From contig CBDDEC010000004.1 of the NCBI GenBank assembly GCA_965226785.1, positions 1,324,521-1,388,520 on the forward strand: a stretch of 64,000 bases of DNA. Direction: 5' to 3'. Each line of letters begins with the position of its first letter. Position 1 is the stretch's first letter. Below are positions 1-13,861 of this stretch, one piece after another. The stretch comes from Dehalococcoidia bacterium (lineage in GTDB: Bacteria; Chloroflexota; Dehalococcoidia; UBA2979). The notes below the pieces were generated by a model, which did no database searches, had not been told where the DNA came from, and was given only the letters and a program-made list of their open reading frames with translations. The position numbers and the translations under genes were made by a program.

Positions 1-1986
<1,986 letters not shown>

Positions 1987-2227
1987 TGTCTCGATCTGAC
2001 AACCCCGATCCGAGGTGGTCGTAGAAGACGATCGTGTGTCCGCTGAGCGCGTCCAGCCACGCGGCGGAAATGGCTGAACGATTGAAGTTGCTCCCTACGA
2101 GGGTGCCTAAGTGCGACGATGGCTACGGGCCCGCTGCCAATCACACCGAACGCACGTGGCGGCCGCTGGCGGTCTGCGCGTATCGGACGTCGAAATCCAT
2201 CACGCCAACCCCACCGCATACGTCACC

Positions 2228-2456
2228 TGCTCAGCGTCAGACTGCGTTCGGTTCATGGCGAGCGTGATGATAGCGGGCTACGGGCGCCATACGCTCCGAT
2301 GCCGAGCGGCGCGACCCGAATCGCAGCGGCTCCCTGCGTCCAGGAGGGCCCGACTCAGCGTCGCGACGAGACGCGGCATCTCGCTGCTGGCTACGCGCAG
2401 CTCGTGGCTCGCGCCTTAGCGGCGGTGCGTGATCGGCGGGTGTGACCCGGGGGGCC
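2228..2456. repeat. Interspersed repeat element (A-box ...ttcATGgcgagcgtgatgatagcgggc + B-box gatcggcgggtgtgacccgggggcc), copy 1
   Basis: Same A/B boxes recur at 3091-3222, inverted A at 3300-3350, B at 4940-4965. Confidence 0.6.
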
Positions 2457-2521
2457 TGCTCACAGGTTCGTAGGGATCCGCATCCGCGGCTGAAACTGAT
2501 TCTCGAATCGGGGGGCGACAC

Positions 2522-3067
2522 CTACGCCGGGAAACCCTCGTGCTCGGTCAACGCGCGCAGCCCTCGGTAATGGTCGCCATCGTGAACTGGCTGAAACGCG
2601 AACCACTGGATGCAGTTGAAGTCACCGAAGTACATGTGCGGAAAGGTCGCGTCGAGGTTTGCCCCGTCGCCGACTTTCGTCGGCAGCGCCGCGAACTCGA
2701 CCGAGTGCTCAATGAATCGGTCCAGCAGCTGCCGGTAGTCTTCGTCCTCCTCCGGCACCGTTTCATGAGTCGTCACGTCGCCCGGTGTGTCGTACCGCCC
2801 GTCGCGGACCTGCTTCCCGTCGCAGAGCGCGCTAATGATGTCCAGCACCCCTTCCGACGACGCGAGTTGATGCCGCATGATCTCCGCTGCCGACCACGAG
2901 TCGGGCGACGGGCTCCAAGCCGCCTGCTTCGCCGTCAGCCCTTCGGCCGCCTCAATCAGCCGCACCCGCCTCGACACAACGACCGGCCAGAGGCCCATCC
3001 AACCACGTTCCGCCTGCTCCTCGATGTAGCCGCGGACGCGCCTCGCCGTCTCGTTGTCTAAGGCCAC
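2522..3067 (-). CDS. DinB/YfiT-like (DinB_2 superfamily) protein
   Basis: 181 aa with histidine-containing motifs typical of DinB_2 four-helix-bundle metalloproteins (…SWSAAEIMRHQL…DHYRGL…). The ORF is clean in high-GC DNA. Confidence 0.5.
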   Translation of the reverse strand: MALDNETARRVRGYIEEQAERGWMGLWPVVVSRRVRLIEAAEGLTAKQAAWSPSPDSWSAAEIMRHQLASSEGVLDIISALCDGKQVRDGRYDTPGDVTTHETVPEEDEDYRQLLDRFIEHSVEFAALPTKVGDGANLDATFPHMYFGDFNCIQWFAFQPVHDGDHYRGLRALTEHEGFPA

Positions 3068-3090
3068 AGGGGGTTTAGCTCCTGCTCACA

Positions 3091-3222
3091 TGCTCAGCGT
3101 CGGACTGCTCTCGATTCATGGCGAGCGTGATGATAGCGGGCGGACGCTGATCAGGCGGCGTCGGCGTCAGGCTGCCGCTGTCGTGCGGCGAGCCCTGGAT
3201 CGGCGGGTGTGACAGGGGCCGC
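3091..3222. repeat. Interspersed repeat element (A+B boxes), copy 2, with 10-codon mini-ORF MASVMIAGGR
   Basis: ttcatggcgagcgtgatgatagcgggc ... gatcggcgggtgtgacaggggcc. Confidence 0.6.
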
Positions 3223-3299
3223 CGCCCTGGATCTGGGTTCACGGCCTCCGGGCCCAGCGATTTTGATCCGACGCAACAGCGCCACGCCCAGCGCGAGCG

Positions 3300-3350
3300 C
3301 GCGCCCGAGCGACGGCGGCAGCTATCATCGCGCTCGCCATTAACAAGCGG
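3300..3350. repeat. Inverted partial copy of repeat A-box (gctatcatcgcgctcgccat)
   Basis: Reverse complement of atggcgagcgcgatgatagc. On the minus strand it starts an ORF with MASAMIAA. Confidence 0.5.
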
Positions 3351-3526
3351 CGCGCTGCTCGCCGGCGGTGCGTCACACGATCCCGCTGATGCCTTCGCTG
3401 CCGGAGGGGATCTCCAACATCTAGCGTGAAACTGAGCGGAGAGGTGTCAGGGTCGGTCGCGACGAGGAACCCAGCGGCTGCCGCGCACTGAGACGAGCGA
3501 GGAGCCGCGAGCCCGCTAGGGACGCT

Positions 3527-4909
3527 GTGACGCAACATGTTGAATCGCTGCCACGCCGAGTCCGCCAGCTCTACGCGGTCGGCAGCACGGCGGGCAGTGC
3601 GATCACTCAGACCTGGGCGCTCTGGCTCATCTACTTCTACGCCCCGCCGTCCGAGGAGACATCAATCGTGCTGCGGGTGCCCGAGGTCGGCGGCCTTGAC
3701 GCTCGCGTGGTGCTCGGGCTGGTCCTCACGCTAGCGCGGTTGATCGAAGCCCTCGATGACCCGTTACTCGGGTACTGGACCGATCGTGCACGCACACGGT
3801 GGGGCCGCCGCATCCCGTTCGTGCTCTTCGGGACGCCGTTTTGGTGCCTGACCTTCGTGCTGCTGTTCCTGCCACCCGTCGCCGGGGCCTCAGGCGTCAA
3901 TCTCGCGTTCCTCTTCATCACATCGATGGCGTTCTTCCTCACAAGCAACATCGCCGGCGCGCCGATCGAGGCGCTCCTACCACACCTCGCCCGGACCAAC
4001 GACGACCGTGTGGCGGTGGCCACGTTGCAAGTGATCTTCGGCGTGATCGGCGCCGCGATCGGGCTCTCGCTCAGCGCGCTGCTCGTGCAGCTTGTGGGGT
4101 TCGCCGGGATGGCGATCACGATCGCCGCCATCGCGCTGGCGACGCGCTACGTCTCCCTCGGTGGCGTCTGGCGTCACGCCCTGCGTGACAACACGCCATC
4201 GGAGCCGGGCTTCTGGAAGGCCGTGACCGGCACGTTCAGCAACGCCCACTTCATCGCCTTCCTCCCGAGCTTCGTCTGCTTCCAGGTCGGGGCGCAGTTG
4301 CTAGTCGCGATGCTCCCGTTCTACGTGGGCGCGATACTGCCGGAGGTCGAGGTGCTCGGCTTTAAGGGCGCGGACGACGAAGGCATCTTCACGTTCCTGC
4401 TGACTGCGGTCATCATCGCCTCGATGCTGGCGGCTGTGCCGTTCTTTGCAGCCGCCGCCAGCCGGTACGGCAAGGCGACGGCGTACCGCTTCGCGATGCT
4501 CGGCTCGGCGGCCGCCTTCCCGCTGTTCGCTTTCGCGGGGTCCCTACCGCTACTGCCTCCGCTCGGGCAGGCGATCGTTGCCGTGATGGTGGCGGGGGCG
4601 CCGACCGCCGGCGTCTTCCTCTTCCCAGGCATCATTACCGCAGATATCACCGATCACGATGCCGGGAACACGGGATCGCAGCGCGCCGGGATGTTCTACG
4701 GCGCGCAGAACCTCGTCGAGAAGCTCGCGTCCTCGGTGACGCCGTTGCTGTTCGCGCTGCTGCTGCTTGCGGGCGACTCAGCGTCCGACCCACTCGGCAT
4801 CCGCCTTGTCGGCCCGGCGGCGGGACTCTTCGTGCTCCTCGGCTACCTCTCGTTCCGCCGCTACCGGCTCGAAGTTGCAGGGGAACGGAGCCGCGCACCG
4901 ACGAGCTGA
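3527..4909 (+). CDS. MFS transporter, glycoside-pentoside-hexuronide (GPH):cation symporter-like
   Basis: 460 aa, about 12 TM segments. GPH signature GYWTDRARTRWGRRIPFVLFG (D-R-x-x-x-GR-RPF). Confidence 0.7.
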   Translation: MTQHVESLPRRVRQLYAVGSTAGSAITQTWALWLIYFYAPPSEETSIVLRVPEVGGLDARVVLGLVLTLARLIEALDDPLLGYWTDRARTRWGRRIPFVLFGTPFWCLTFVLLFLPPVAGASGVNLAFLFITSMAFFLTSNIAGAPIEALLPHLARTNDDRVAVATLQVIFGVIGAAIGLSLSALLVQLVGFAGMAITIAAIALATRYVSLGGVWRHALRDNTPSEPGFWKAVTGTFSNAHFIAFLPSFVCFQVGAQLLVAMLPFYVGAILPEVEVLGFKGADDEGIFTFLLTAVIIASMLAAVPFFAAAASRYGKATAYRFAMLGSAAAFPLFAFAGSLPLLPPLGQAIVAVMVAGAPTAGVFLFPGIITADITDHDAGNTGSQRAGMFYGAQNLVEKLASSVTPLLFALLLLAGDSASDPLGIRLVGPAAGLFVLLGYLSFRRYRLEVAGERSRAPTS

Positions 4910-4939
4910 ATCGAATCGGAACGGTTCGATGCGAGCGCA

Positions 4940-4965
4940 TCTTGGATCGGCAGGTGTGACCCGAG
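4940..4965. repeat. Repeat B-box copy 3 (gatcggcaggtgtgacccgaggggcc)
   Basis: Matches B boxes at 2431-2456 and 3196-3222. Confidence 0.5.
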
Positions 4966-5160
4966 GGGCCCTCTGGAGCTAGGCATGGGGAGCAGCAACG
5001 GGAAGCCGTCGGTCTCGACAGAGCCGCCGAGCCTATACTACCGACGCGGATCTTCCGCTCTGAAACCCCCTCGACAGCTACGCCCTCTGTCACACGAGCG
5101 GAGACAATTATTCCTGATTTTGATCTTGTCGTTGATGGATCAGCAGTAGCGGTTGGCCTG

Positions 5161-6018
5161 GTGCGCGTACTGCTCATCGTACTCACCTCGTTCGTCGCAT
5201 ATTTCGCCGTGACGAGGGCTGCATGGAAAGCACTCCAAGCCCGTATTCCGTTGATAGACGAGGAGCGTAGCCAGCGATTTGATGCCCGGGCAACGACCAT
5301 CACCGGTGCTCTGAATCAAGTCATCAAGGTTGCCATAGTAATGCTGGCGCTGCTAGCTATCCTGGCGGAGGTCGGAATACAGATCGCACCCATGTTGGCA
5401 GCCGTCGGCGTCGTTGGCCTGGCGCTCGGCTTCGCCGCGCAAGGGATCGTCCGTGACTACATAAACGGCATCTACATCCTCGCCGAGGACTGGTACCGGG
5501 TCGGAGACTGGGTTAAGATCGATGATGATGAAGGGGAAATTGAAGAAATAAGCCTGCGCCGAACCGTGCTTCGCAACATGGACGGCACAATTATGATCCG
5601 CCCCAATAGCAGCGTCATAACAGCCAGCAACATGACTAGAGACTTATCTCGACTCAACATGAGCGTGCGCGTCGCTTATGGGACCAATATCGAAGAGGCA
5701 TTCGCCGCGATCAACCTCGTCGGCATGGAATTCAAAGCGGATGAAGTCTGGGGCCTAGACCTGCTGACTGCGCCCGCGGCCATCCGGATTAGCGATCTGG
5801 GTGAATCAGCCATAGAGATACTGATCCGGGCGGACACCAAGCCAGGCACCCAGTGGGGCATCACCGGGGAGTTCAGGAAACGCCTACTTGCCCGGTTCGA
5901 GATGGATGGTATTGCGATCCCCTTCCAGCACCTTACGGTCTACTTCGGGGATCGCCAGGACGGCCCACGCTCTCTACCAGAGGCAGCAAGCCCACCTGCA
6001 CCACCCCCCGCCGACTAG
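5161..6018 (+). CDS. Small-conductance mechanosensitive channel (MscS family)
   Basis: GTG start. Three N-terminal TM helices, followed by the conserved MscS pore/beta-domain GIVRDYINGIYILAEDWYRVGDWVKI...GEIEEISLRRTVLRNMDGTIMIRPNSSV. Local GC is lower than the surroundings. Confidence 0.75.
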   Translation: MRVLLIVLTSFVAYFAVTRAAWKALQARIPLIDEERSQRFDARATTITGALNQVIKVAIVMLALLAILAEVGIQIAPMLAAVGVVGLALGFAAQGIVRDYINGIYILAEDWYRVGDWVKIDDDEGEIEEISLRRTVLRNMDGTIMIRPNSSVITASNMTRDLSRLNMSVRVAYGTNIEEAFAAINLVGMEFKADEVWGLDLLTAPAAIRISDLGESAIEILIRADTKPGTQWGITGEFRKRLLARFEMDGIAIPFQHLTVYFGDRQDGPRSLPEAASPPAPPPAD

Positions 6019-6352
6019 CGCGACCTGTGCCCCAATCGCCCTTTGGATTGCCGCCGGTCTGGTCGGAATGCTTGTTTTTCTCGTGATACACGCGATCTGG
6101 ATCGCGCCGATTTGGCAAGTCGCGGTGCTCGCCATGCCGATCGCCGGCGGCGGGGGGATCGGGCCGTCCGGCGACCCCTTGCGAGCCGCACGGGTGACGC
6201 GCTTCGCTCCACATCCACGCGGAGATCAGCATGGAGGAACTCAGAGCCATGCAAAGAGGCGAGGGTGACCCCACCCCCTCCGATTAGTGGTGGGTCCGGG
6301 GGAAAACACCCGGGGCCACCGTAGCGCCTCGTAATCCAGCTACGATCCACGC

Positions 6353-6745
6353 ATGACGCTGAACCGTCGCCAGGCCGAGTTCGCGGACCACGTCGCCGCC
6401 GGTGCAAACGGCGCTGAGGCCGCCCGCCGCGCCGGCTACAGCAGCCGCAGAGCTGCCGTGACTGGCACTGAGCTGATGCAGCGTCCGATGGTGCTCAGCA
6501 GCCGCCAGGAGATGCTGCGCGACGCTGGCTACGACCCGCGGCAGTCGGTCGCGGACCTGATGTCGATCGCGACGACGAGCGAGCGTGACCGTGACCGCAT
6601 CCGGGCGCACGAGCTGCTGCTGAAACTGGCGGGCGCGTTCGAGGCCGACGATGGCGACGCTGACCCGCGCATCAGTATCAGCACCGAGCGGCTGCTGGCA
6701 CTGGAGGCGATGCTCGTGGCCGGTGGCCGCGGCGCGGTTGCCTGA
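6353..6745 (+). CDS. Phage terminase small subunit-like protein (Terminase_2-type), orphan
   Basis: The N-terminus MTLNRRQAEFADHVAAGANGAEAARRAGYSSRRAAVTGTELMQRPMV matches the TerS HTH motif (L..kQ..F...Y...G.N...AA..AGYS...A...G..LL..P.V). Confidence 0.55.
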   Translation: MTLNRRQAEFADHVAAGANGAEAARRAGYSSRRAAVTGTELMQRPMVLSSRQEMLRDAGYDPRQSVADLMSIATTSERDRDRIRAHELLLKLAGAFEADDGDADPRISISTERLLALEAMLVAGGRGAVA

Positions 6746-6771
6746 CGGGCAGAGGTCACTAGAGGTCTGGC

Positions 6772-7445
6772 ATGACTGACAACAACGAGCGGACAGTAAA
6801 ACCAGATCATTCGTCCGTGCTGCCGACAAACGGCCCACGAGGCTGGACCGCTGCACTCTCGGGGGTCGTTTCCCTGGGCCTGGGCGTCACTTTCTTCTGG
6901 GTAGTTTTCAGTGTCGCCAGCGGGTTCGTAAGGTTCGTCGTGGTGGTGCCAGCCCTTGCTTTCTCGCTGGGAGGCATCCGGCTGCTTCTGATTTGGCGTG
7001 AGTTCGAGCCACCGGGAGGTCTCCATGAGCGGTTAAACGCCGCTAACCCCCGATTGCGGAAGTGGATCTGGAAGGTCGCATTGATCGCTGTGGTGATGGT
7101 TGCGCCGTACTTGCTTGCTACCGGAGGAGGACGGCTCTTCGTGAGGGAGCACTGGCTGCTGGGCCTAGCCTACGGAGCGTTGATGACCGCGTTGACCGTC
7201 GGACTGGCGACACAGGCTCGTCTCGATGAGCGGCTAGCCGTTTGGCCGAAGACCTACCTGTTCGCGATCTTTGTCGGGCTCGTGCTCCTCACGATCGGGA
7301 GCTTCGCCAGCTTGTCGTTCGCGCTGGCCGACGGAGGCATCGTTGAGTATCCGATCAGCGCGAGCGAGCTGCATGGCGGGGCACTTGCGGACGCTTACTT
7401 ATGGCACTTCGCTGACCTCGTCCCCGTACTGGGCATTCCAGAGAC
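6772..7445 (+). CDS. Hypothetical integral membrane protein, 3' end disrupted by IS3 copy 2
   Basis: Multiple hydrophobic helices. The ORF runs into the IS3 IR at 7446, so its native C-terminus is lost. Confidence 0.45.
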
Positions 7446-7495
7446 TGAACCGCCCCGGGAATGTTGGAGGCTCCAGTCCTTGAGAGGATGGAGCG

Positions 7496-8703
<1,208 letters not shown>

Positions 8704-10057
8704 ACCGAGTCTCCACTAAACCCGGGGCGGTTCAGCGCGTCTAGCCGGATCGGCCGAGTCAGGCGGCGTGCTCGCACTCGATCACATCCCTCCGTGTAGG
8801 CGACATGCCCGCCGGCGCGCCTTCATCGACGGTCACCCGTTGGCGTGCGTTGATGCGCGGCGGCACCCGCGCGTCTGCGACGCGTACGAGCTCCTGCGCC
8901 TTCGCCAGGCCCGCCGTGCGCGACTTCTCGGCGGCACCCGCTTGGCGCAGCCGCACGGTTGCAAACGTCGACCGGGGTGATCGTGCGCAGGTGCACAGAG
9001 CGCTCGTGCGAAGTCGCAGAAGGTCAGCGGCGTCTCCTGGTGGTCAATCGCATCGGGTGCCGCCTACCGCCCGGCCGCCTCGGTGACGTGAGCCGCCTTT
9101 GCTTGAGTGTGGAGTCGCCTTGGCGGTCGTTGAATACGTTCGCTGTCTTGTCCACCCGGTACCGCTAGTCCCACGTCTTGAGGGCGGGGCCCACCTCGTC
9201 TCCAGAGGTACTGGACAGTGGCTCGAGACGATGTCATGCCGCGTCCTCCCTGGACTCCGGGCTCTTCGCGAGAGGGGGAGTGGGCCGACGCGCTTCTCCT
9301 GACGGAAGCGCGCGGCCTTCAAGTATGCCTTGAAGCACCAAATCCGGAGCACTCGCCCACCCGCTCAGCCTATCGGTGGGTCGTCCGGCGTCCGTCGATG
9401 CCAGTCCGTGGATGACTCGAAAGCGCAACCTGCACGCGATGAGCAGCGCCTCCTCGAACGGTCTGGCGACTAGCTGCGTCGCCAGTGCCAAGCCGTCCCC
9501 CCCTGCCCGAGCGGAACCTGATGGTGGGGAAGCCTGTCAGATTGAAGGATGCCGTGTAGCTGAGCGAACCCGCGTAGCGTCGCGAATCCCCAGAAGAGTT
9601 TTCCGGGGCCTCGCGTGGCCCCGGCGGTCACCTCGAAACAGGGCAGAGTAATAGGTCCACGGACTCGAACAGGGAAGAGAGTCGGTCCGAAAGTCTCTCT
9701 GCTCTTCGTGGGCTCGCGAGTACTGCGATGCGTTGATCTGCTCTCCGAGTTCCAGCTTCTCCCGGGGAGGGCCATATTCGTTGGCCTCTCCGGGTAAAGC
9801 CCGAGCTCCGAGGAGCCCCTGCGGTCGAGCTGCGCGGCGCCACTGCGACCGTAGCGATTGCGTCGCAAATCGCTCACCGGCGTGGACAAAATTCTGCGTC
9901 GTCCGAGGCCGGCCGTCCCGCATTCGCATGCGGCACCCGGGCGACTCGGTCGGTGAGACCTCAACGCCTGACAGCTCGCGTTACAGGTGACGTCGACCTC
10001 GAGCTTGAGAGGTTGACACGCTGAGCGACACTGAACGGGACTCGTCGCAGGCTGGGC

Positions 10058-11194
10058 GTGGCTGAGACGTTGAAGTGTCACCAAACCACTCGACCCAGTC
10101 AGCGAAAGCGGCCGAAGCAAGGTTTCGAGCTCCACGCGACGGGAAAGAAGGCTTCAGTGACGACTCAAACAGTACCAAGTATCCAGCGGGTAATATACGA
10201 CGACAAAGAGTCAGCCGGCTATGGTCACATCGGCGAGCCTTACGCTCGCTATCGCCGCCAGCTCCCTACCATTTTTGGCAGCGGCTCTCACCAGTATCAA
10301 GTGATCGATAATTGGGCGCGACGCCCGCGCGGGACCCAGTTCGGTGACGTTCCCGGAGTAGCCGTAGACGCCAACGACAACGTCTTCGTCGCGCATGCGC
10401 GTACGATCGACATCTACGATTCCGATGGTTACTTCTTGGACTCATGGGGCGAGGGTAACTACGCCGCGCACGCCATCACAATCGACCGTGAGGGTAGCGT
10501 CTGGCTCGCAGATTCTGGGGGCCATATGATTCGTAAGTTTACCCCAGAGGGACGTCCTCTCCTCACCCTTGGCACCCCGAATCAGAACGCGCCTCGGATG
10601 AGTGGACTTCCGTTCAACAAACCCACGCGCGTCGCGGTAGCCCCCAACGGAGATCTCTACATCAGTGACGGATACGGAAACGATCACGTTCACGTCTTCG
10701 CGGCTGACGGCGAGTTTCGTTTTACGTTCGGCGGCAGTGGCAGTAAACCGGGACAGCTGCACACTCCTCACTCCGTCGTGATCGGCGATGACGGCCGTGT
10801 GTTTGTCTCCGATCGCCTGAACAACCGGATCGCCATATTCGATCTAAAAGGCACATACATAAGTGAGTGGCGAGGTGTGCGTCATCCAGACGACATCGCT
10901 ATAGGTCGCGACGGCACTGTTTGTATAGTAGAACTTCAACATCGGATGAGCATCTGGAGTCTCGAGGGAGAGCGTATTACTGGCTGGGGCGACGAGGGCT
11001 GTGTGTGCGACGCGGGCGAGCTTCCGTCGGTTGAGCCCTGTCCTGCGGAGAGTCTGGACGCCGGCATGGTGATCGGGCCTCACGCTGTCGCGATGGACTC
11101 GCAGGGCTCGATCTACGTTGGGGAGCTAGCCGACGGTTACCGCGGCATCGATCGCGGGTCACGCTCGCTGCAGAAGTTTGTGCGAGTGGTCTGA
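10058..11194 (+). CDS. NHL-repeat (six-bladed beta-propeller) protein
   Basis: Repeated motifs SDGYGNDHVHVF, SDRLNNRIAIFD, IAIGRDGTVCIVE. The true start may be downstream of 10058. Confidence 0.6.
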   Translation: MAETLKCHQTTRPSQRKRPKQGFELHATGKKASVTTQTVPSIQRVIYDDKESAGYGHIGEPYARYRRQLPTIFGSGSHQYQVIDNWARRPRGTQFGDVPGVAVDANDNVFVAHARTIDIYDSDGYFLDSWGEGNYAAHAITIDREGSVWLADSGGHMIRKFTPEGRPLLTLGTPNQNAPRMSGLPFNKPTRVAVAPNGDLYISDGYGNDHVHVFAADGEFRFTFGGSGSKPGQLHTPHSVVIGDDGRVFVSDRLNNRIAIFDLKGTYISEWRGVRHPDDIAIGRDGTVCIVELQHRMSIWSLEGERITGWGDEGCVCDAGELPSVEPCPAESLDAGMVIGPHAVAMDSQGSIYVGELADGYRGIDRGSRSLQKFVRVV

Positions 11195-11214
11195 GCACGC
11201 CGAGGAGAACGGGA

Positions 11215-12168
11215 ATGGCAGCAAATCTTGTTGGGAAGGTCATCTGTGTGACCGGCGGCGGTCGCGGCATGGGCCGTGCAATCGCCGAGCTTGCGGGGCG
11301 CGAAGGTGCATTCGTGATCGTCGCCGACTACGGCGGCTCAGTGGACGGTAACGCTGATCTATCGAACACGACAGCTGAGGAGGTTGCGGCGGGGATCCGC
11401 GCGGCTGGAGGTAAGGCGTTCGCCGTGAGCATCGATGTCGCGACAATGGCCGGGGGGCGCGCTTTAGTAGATGCGGCGGTCGATCACTTTGGTCGTATCG
11501 ACGGTATCGTATGTTGCGCAGGCATCCTGATCGAAGCTCCCTTCTTAGAGCTACAGGAAGCGGATCTAGACCGCTCAATCGGAGTACACATCAAGGGTCA
11601 CTTCACGTGCGCTCAGTCCGCGGCGCGCCGCATGATCGAGCAGGGAGGCGAGGGTCGGCTGATCTTCTTCGGGTCCGGCTTCGGCCTTGAGGGCTCCGCC
11701 GAGCGGCCGGCGTACCGTGTTGCGAAGGCGGGAGTTGCGGCGCTCTCGTTGATTACAGCTGAGTCTTTGGCGCCATACAACATCACGACCAACTGCATCA
11801 TGCCCAGGGCGGCCACACGCATGACAGACTTCGTGTTTCTGAACGCCGACCCTGCGCATGAGGGTCCGCTGCCCAGCGAGCAGGGCAAGGAGACGCCCCT
11901 CAACCCAGAGAACGTCGCACCGTTCGTCTGTTACCTGCTATCTGACGCCGCCGCAGGCATCAATGGCCAGTTTTTCGGTGTGGCTGGGCACGCCGTTGGC
12001 CGGATCACGTTGCCGCAGCGAGATGCGGTTGTGTTAGAGCGCGACTCTAGATGGACCGTGGACGACCTACTCGCCGCAGTCCCTGGAGCGTTTGGTGAAG
12101 GCTTGGATCAGCCCATGACGCTGGGTTCTCCAGGCCGGATTGGGCCGGCCGCGCCGAAATGGCGTTAG
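11215..12168 (+). CDS. SDR-family oxidoreductase (paralog A)
   Basis: Rossmann motif VTGGGRGMGRA. 317 aa. About 90% identical to the ORF at 29456-30409 on the opposite strand. Confidence 0.8.
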   Translation: MAANLVGKVICVTGGGRGMGRAIAELAGREGAFVIVADYGGSVDGNADLSNTTAEEVAAGIRAAGGKAFAVSIDVATMAGGRALVDAAVDHFGRIDGIVCCAGILIEAPFLELQEADLDRSIGVHIKGHFTCAQSAARRMIEQGGEGRLIFFGSGFGLEGSAERPAYRVAKAGVAALSLITAESLAPYNITTNCIMPRAATRMTDFVFLNADPAHEGPLPSEQGKETPLNPENVAPFVCYLLSDAAAGINGQFFGVAGHAVGRITLPQRDAVVLERDSRWTVDDLLAAVPGAFGEGLDQPMTLGSPGRIGPAAPKWR

Positions 12169-12234
12169 CTACGCTCAGTCCGCCGCCAGCGCCCACTGAA
12201 CGCCGCGGTTCCCCTAGCTGATGCCGAGTAACAG

Positions 12235-13533
12235 ATGATCGCGAGCGCGCGAGAACTACTGGAGGCGACGCCCGAAGAGGTCGAGATGTCGTCAGAGCGC
12301 TTGCAGCGGCTAAGTCGCGTCATCAAGGGATATGTCGATAGCGGCCGCTACCCCGGCGCGATCACGATGATCGCCCGACGCGGACGTGTCGTGCACTTCG
12401 AGACTCACGGATTCGCCGATATCGAAGGGAAGCGGCGGATGGAGCACGACACGATCTTCCGCATTTACTCGATGACGAAGCCGATCGTCAGCGTGGGGCT
12501 CATGACGCTATATGAGGAAGGGCGGTTCCAGCTAGACGACCCCGTTTCGAGCTACCTACCGATCTTCGATGGAGCTCGAGTACTTGAGAGCGGCACCGCC
12601 GAGCAGCACACGTTGCGCCCGGCCCGGCGAGCAATGACGATCCGCGACCTCTTGACACACACGTCGGGCCTCGTCGCAGCTGGCGTCTCGACAACCGTTG
12701 GCCAACTCTACCAGAAAGCGAGGATAGGCGGCCCTCGCGGGCTGCACTCCGACGAGACACTTGCAGACGTCATGAGTAGGCTCGCTGCCCTGCCACTGAA
12801 TTGCGACCCTGGAACACGGTTCAACTATGGGATCTCGAAGGATGTCGTCGGACATCTCTGTGAGATCCTATCCAGCCAGTCGCTAGATGTGTTCCTCCGG
12901 GAGCGCATCTTTGGCCCGTTGGGCATGACGGACACTGGTTTCAGTGTGCCAACGTCGAGCCTTAATCGCTTCGCAGCATGCTACCGGCGACGGGACGGCT
13001 CGGTGCCGATGTTCGAGTTAGACGACCCCCCTAGCAAGAGAAGCCCTTATGTCGGTCCGCGGCGGTACTTCTCTGGCGTCGGGGGGCTAGTGTCGACGGC
13101 GACCGACTACATGCGTTTCGGCAAGATGCTCGCCGACCGGGGTGAGCTCGATGGGACACGCGTTCTCGGACCGCGCACACTCGAGCTGATGACTATGAAT
13201 CATCTGCCAGGCGGACTCGATCTGAAGGCGATGGGGCATGGTGGGGATACCATTCAGCCCACAACTCCCGAAGGCGCGCCGCGTCAGGTCGTGGATAACA
13301 CGTTCGCGGGCGTTGGTTTTGGGCTTGGTTTTGCAGTACTTCTCGATGGCGCGACCGCCCAGCAGCCGGGGGCGGCGGGTGAGTACTGGTGGGGGGGTGC
13401 GGCCTCGACCGCGTTCATCGTCCAACCGGCGGATGACCTTGTAATGCTACTGATGGCTCAGCTCCTACAGTACGGGGAGTACCCTATCCGTAGCGAGCTA
13501 AGAGCCACAACCTATCAAGCGATCTTGGACTGA
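12235..13533 (+). CDS. Serine hydrolase, beta-lactamase/esterase (class C / penicillin-binding fold) family
   Basis: S-x-x-K active-site motif (IYSMTKP). 432 aa. Also carries HTSGL and related motifs. Confidence 0.75.
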   Translation: MIASARELLEATPEEVEMSSERLQRLSRVIKGYVDSGRYPGAITMIARRGRVVHFETHGFADIEGKRRMEHDTIFRIYSMTKPIVSVGLMTLYEEGRFQLDDPVSSYLPIFDGARVLESGTAEQHTLRPARRAMTIRDLLTHTSGLVAAGVSTTVGQLYQKARIGGPRGLHSDETLADVMSRLAALPLNCDPGTRFNYGISKDVVGHLCEILSSQSLDVFLRERIFGPLGMTDTGFSVPTSSLNRFAACYRRRDGSVPMFELDDPPSKRSPYVGPRRYFSGVGGLVSTATDYMRFGKMLADRGELDGTRVLGPRTLELMTMNHLPGGLDLKAMGHGGDTIQPTTPEGAPRQVVDNTFAGVGFGLGFAVLLDGATAQQPGAAGEYWWGGAASTAFIVQPADDLVMLLMAQLLQYGEYPIRSELRATTYQAILD

Positions 13534-13861
13534 AGCGCGGATCTCCACGTTCCCAGACGGGCGCCCACAGGAATACGAGCCTACAGTCACAGACCTGTCG
13601 CACTATTCACAGGCAGATGCAACGGGCCGCGCAGGATAAAGTCTCGTCTGGCAGCGCGCCCCGACCGCAGCCCTCACCACAATCTGCCAAGGACATAAGC
13701 CCCACAGTGCGAAGTACCGACCGTGAGGGTGAGGCATGATTAGTGTTGGGTCCGGGCTTCGTTCATGCAACACAAGGAGTGGAGGGCGGGGTCACGCTCG
13801 CCTTTCTCGAGCGGATAGATCCATATGCGCGACGGCTACGAGCGAGCTTGGGCGCTCGCAG

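Noticed and set aside
9470-10135. 221-aa minus-strand ORF and several 60-100-aa ORFs across 8745-10058
   Set aside because: No recognisable motifs, Arg/Pro/Ser-rich low-complexity composition, and no RBS. The region looks non-coding or decayed. A nested hairpin at about 9680-9715 (gaagagag...ctctctgctcttc) was noted but not interpreted.
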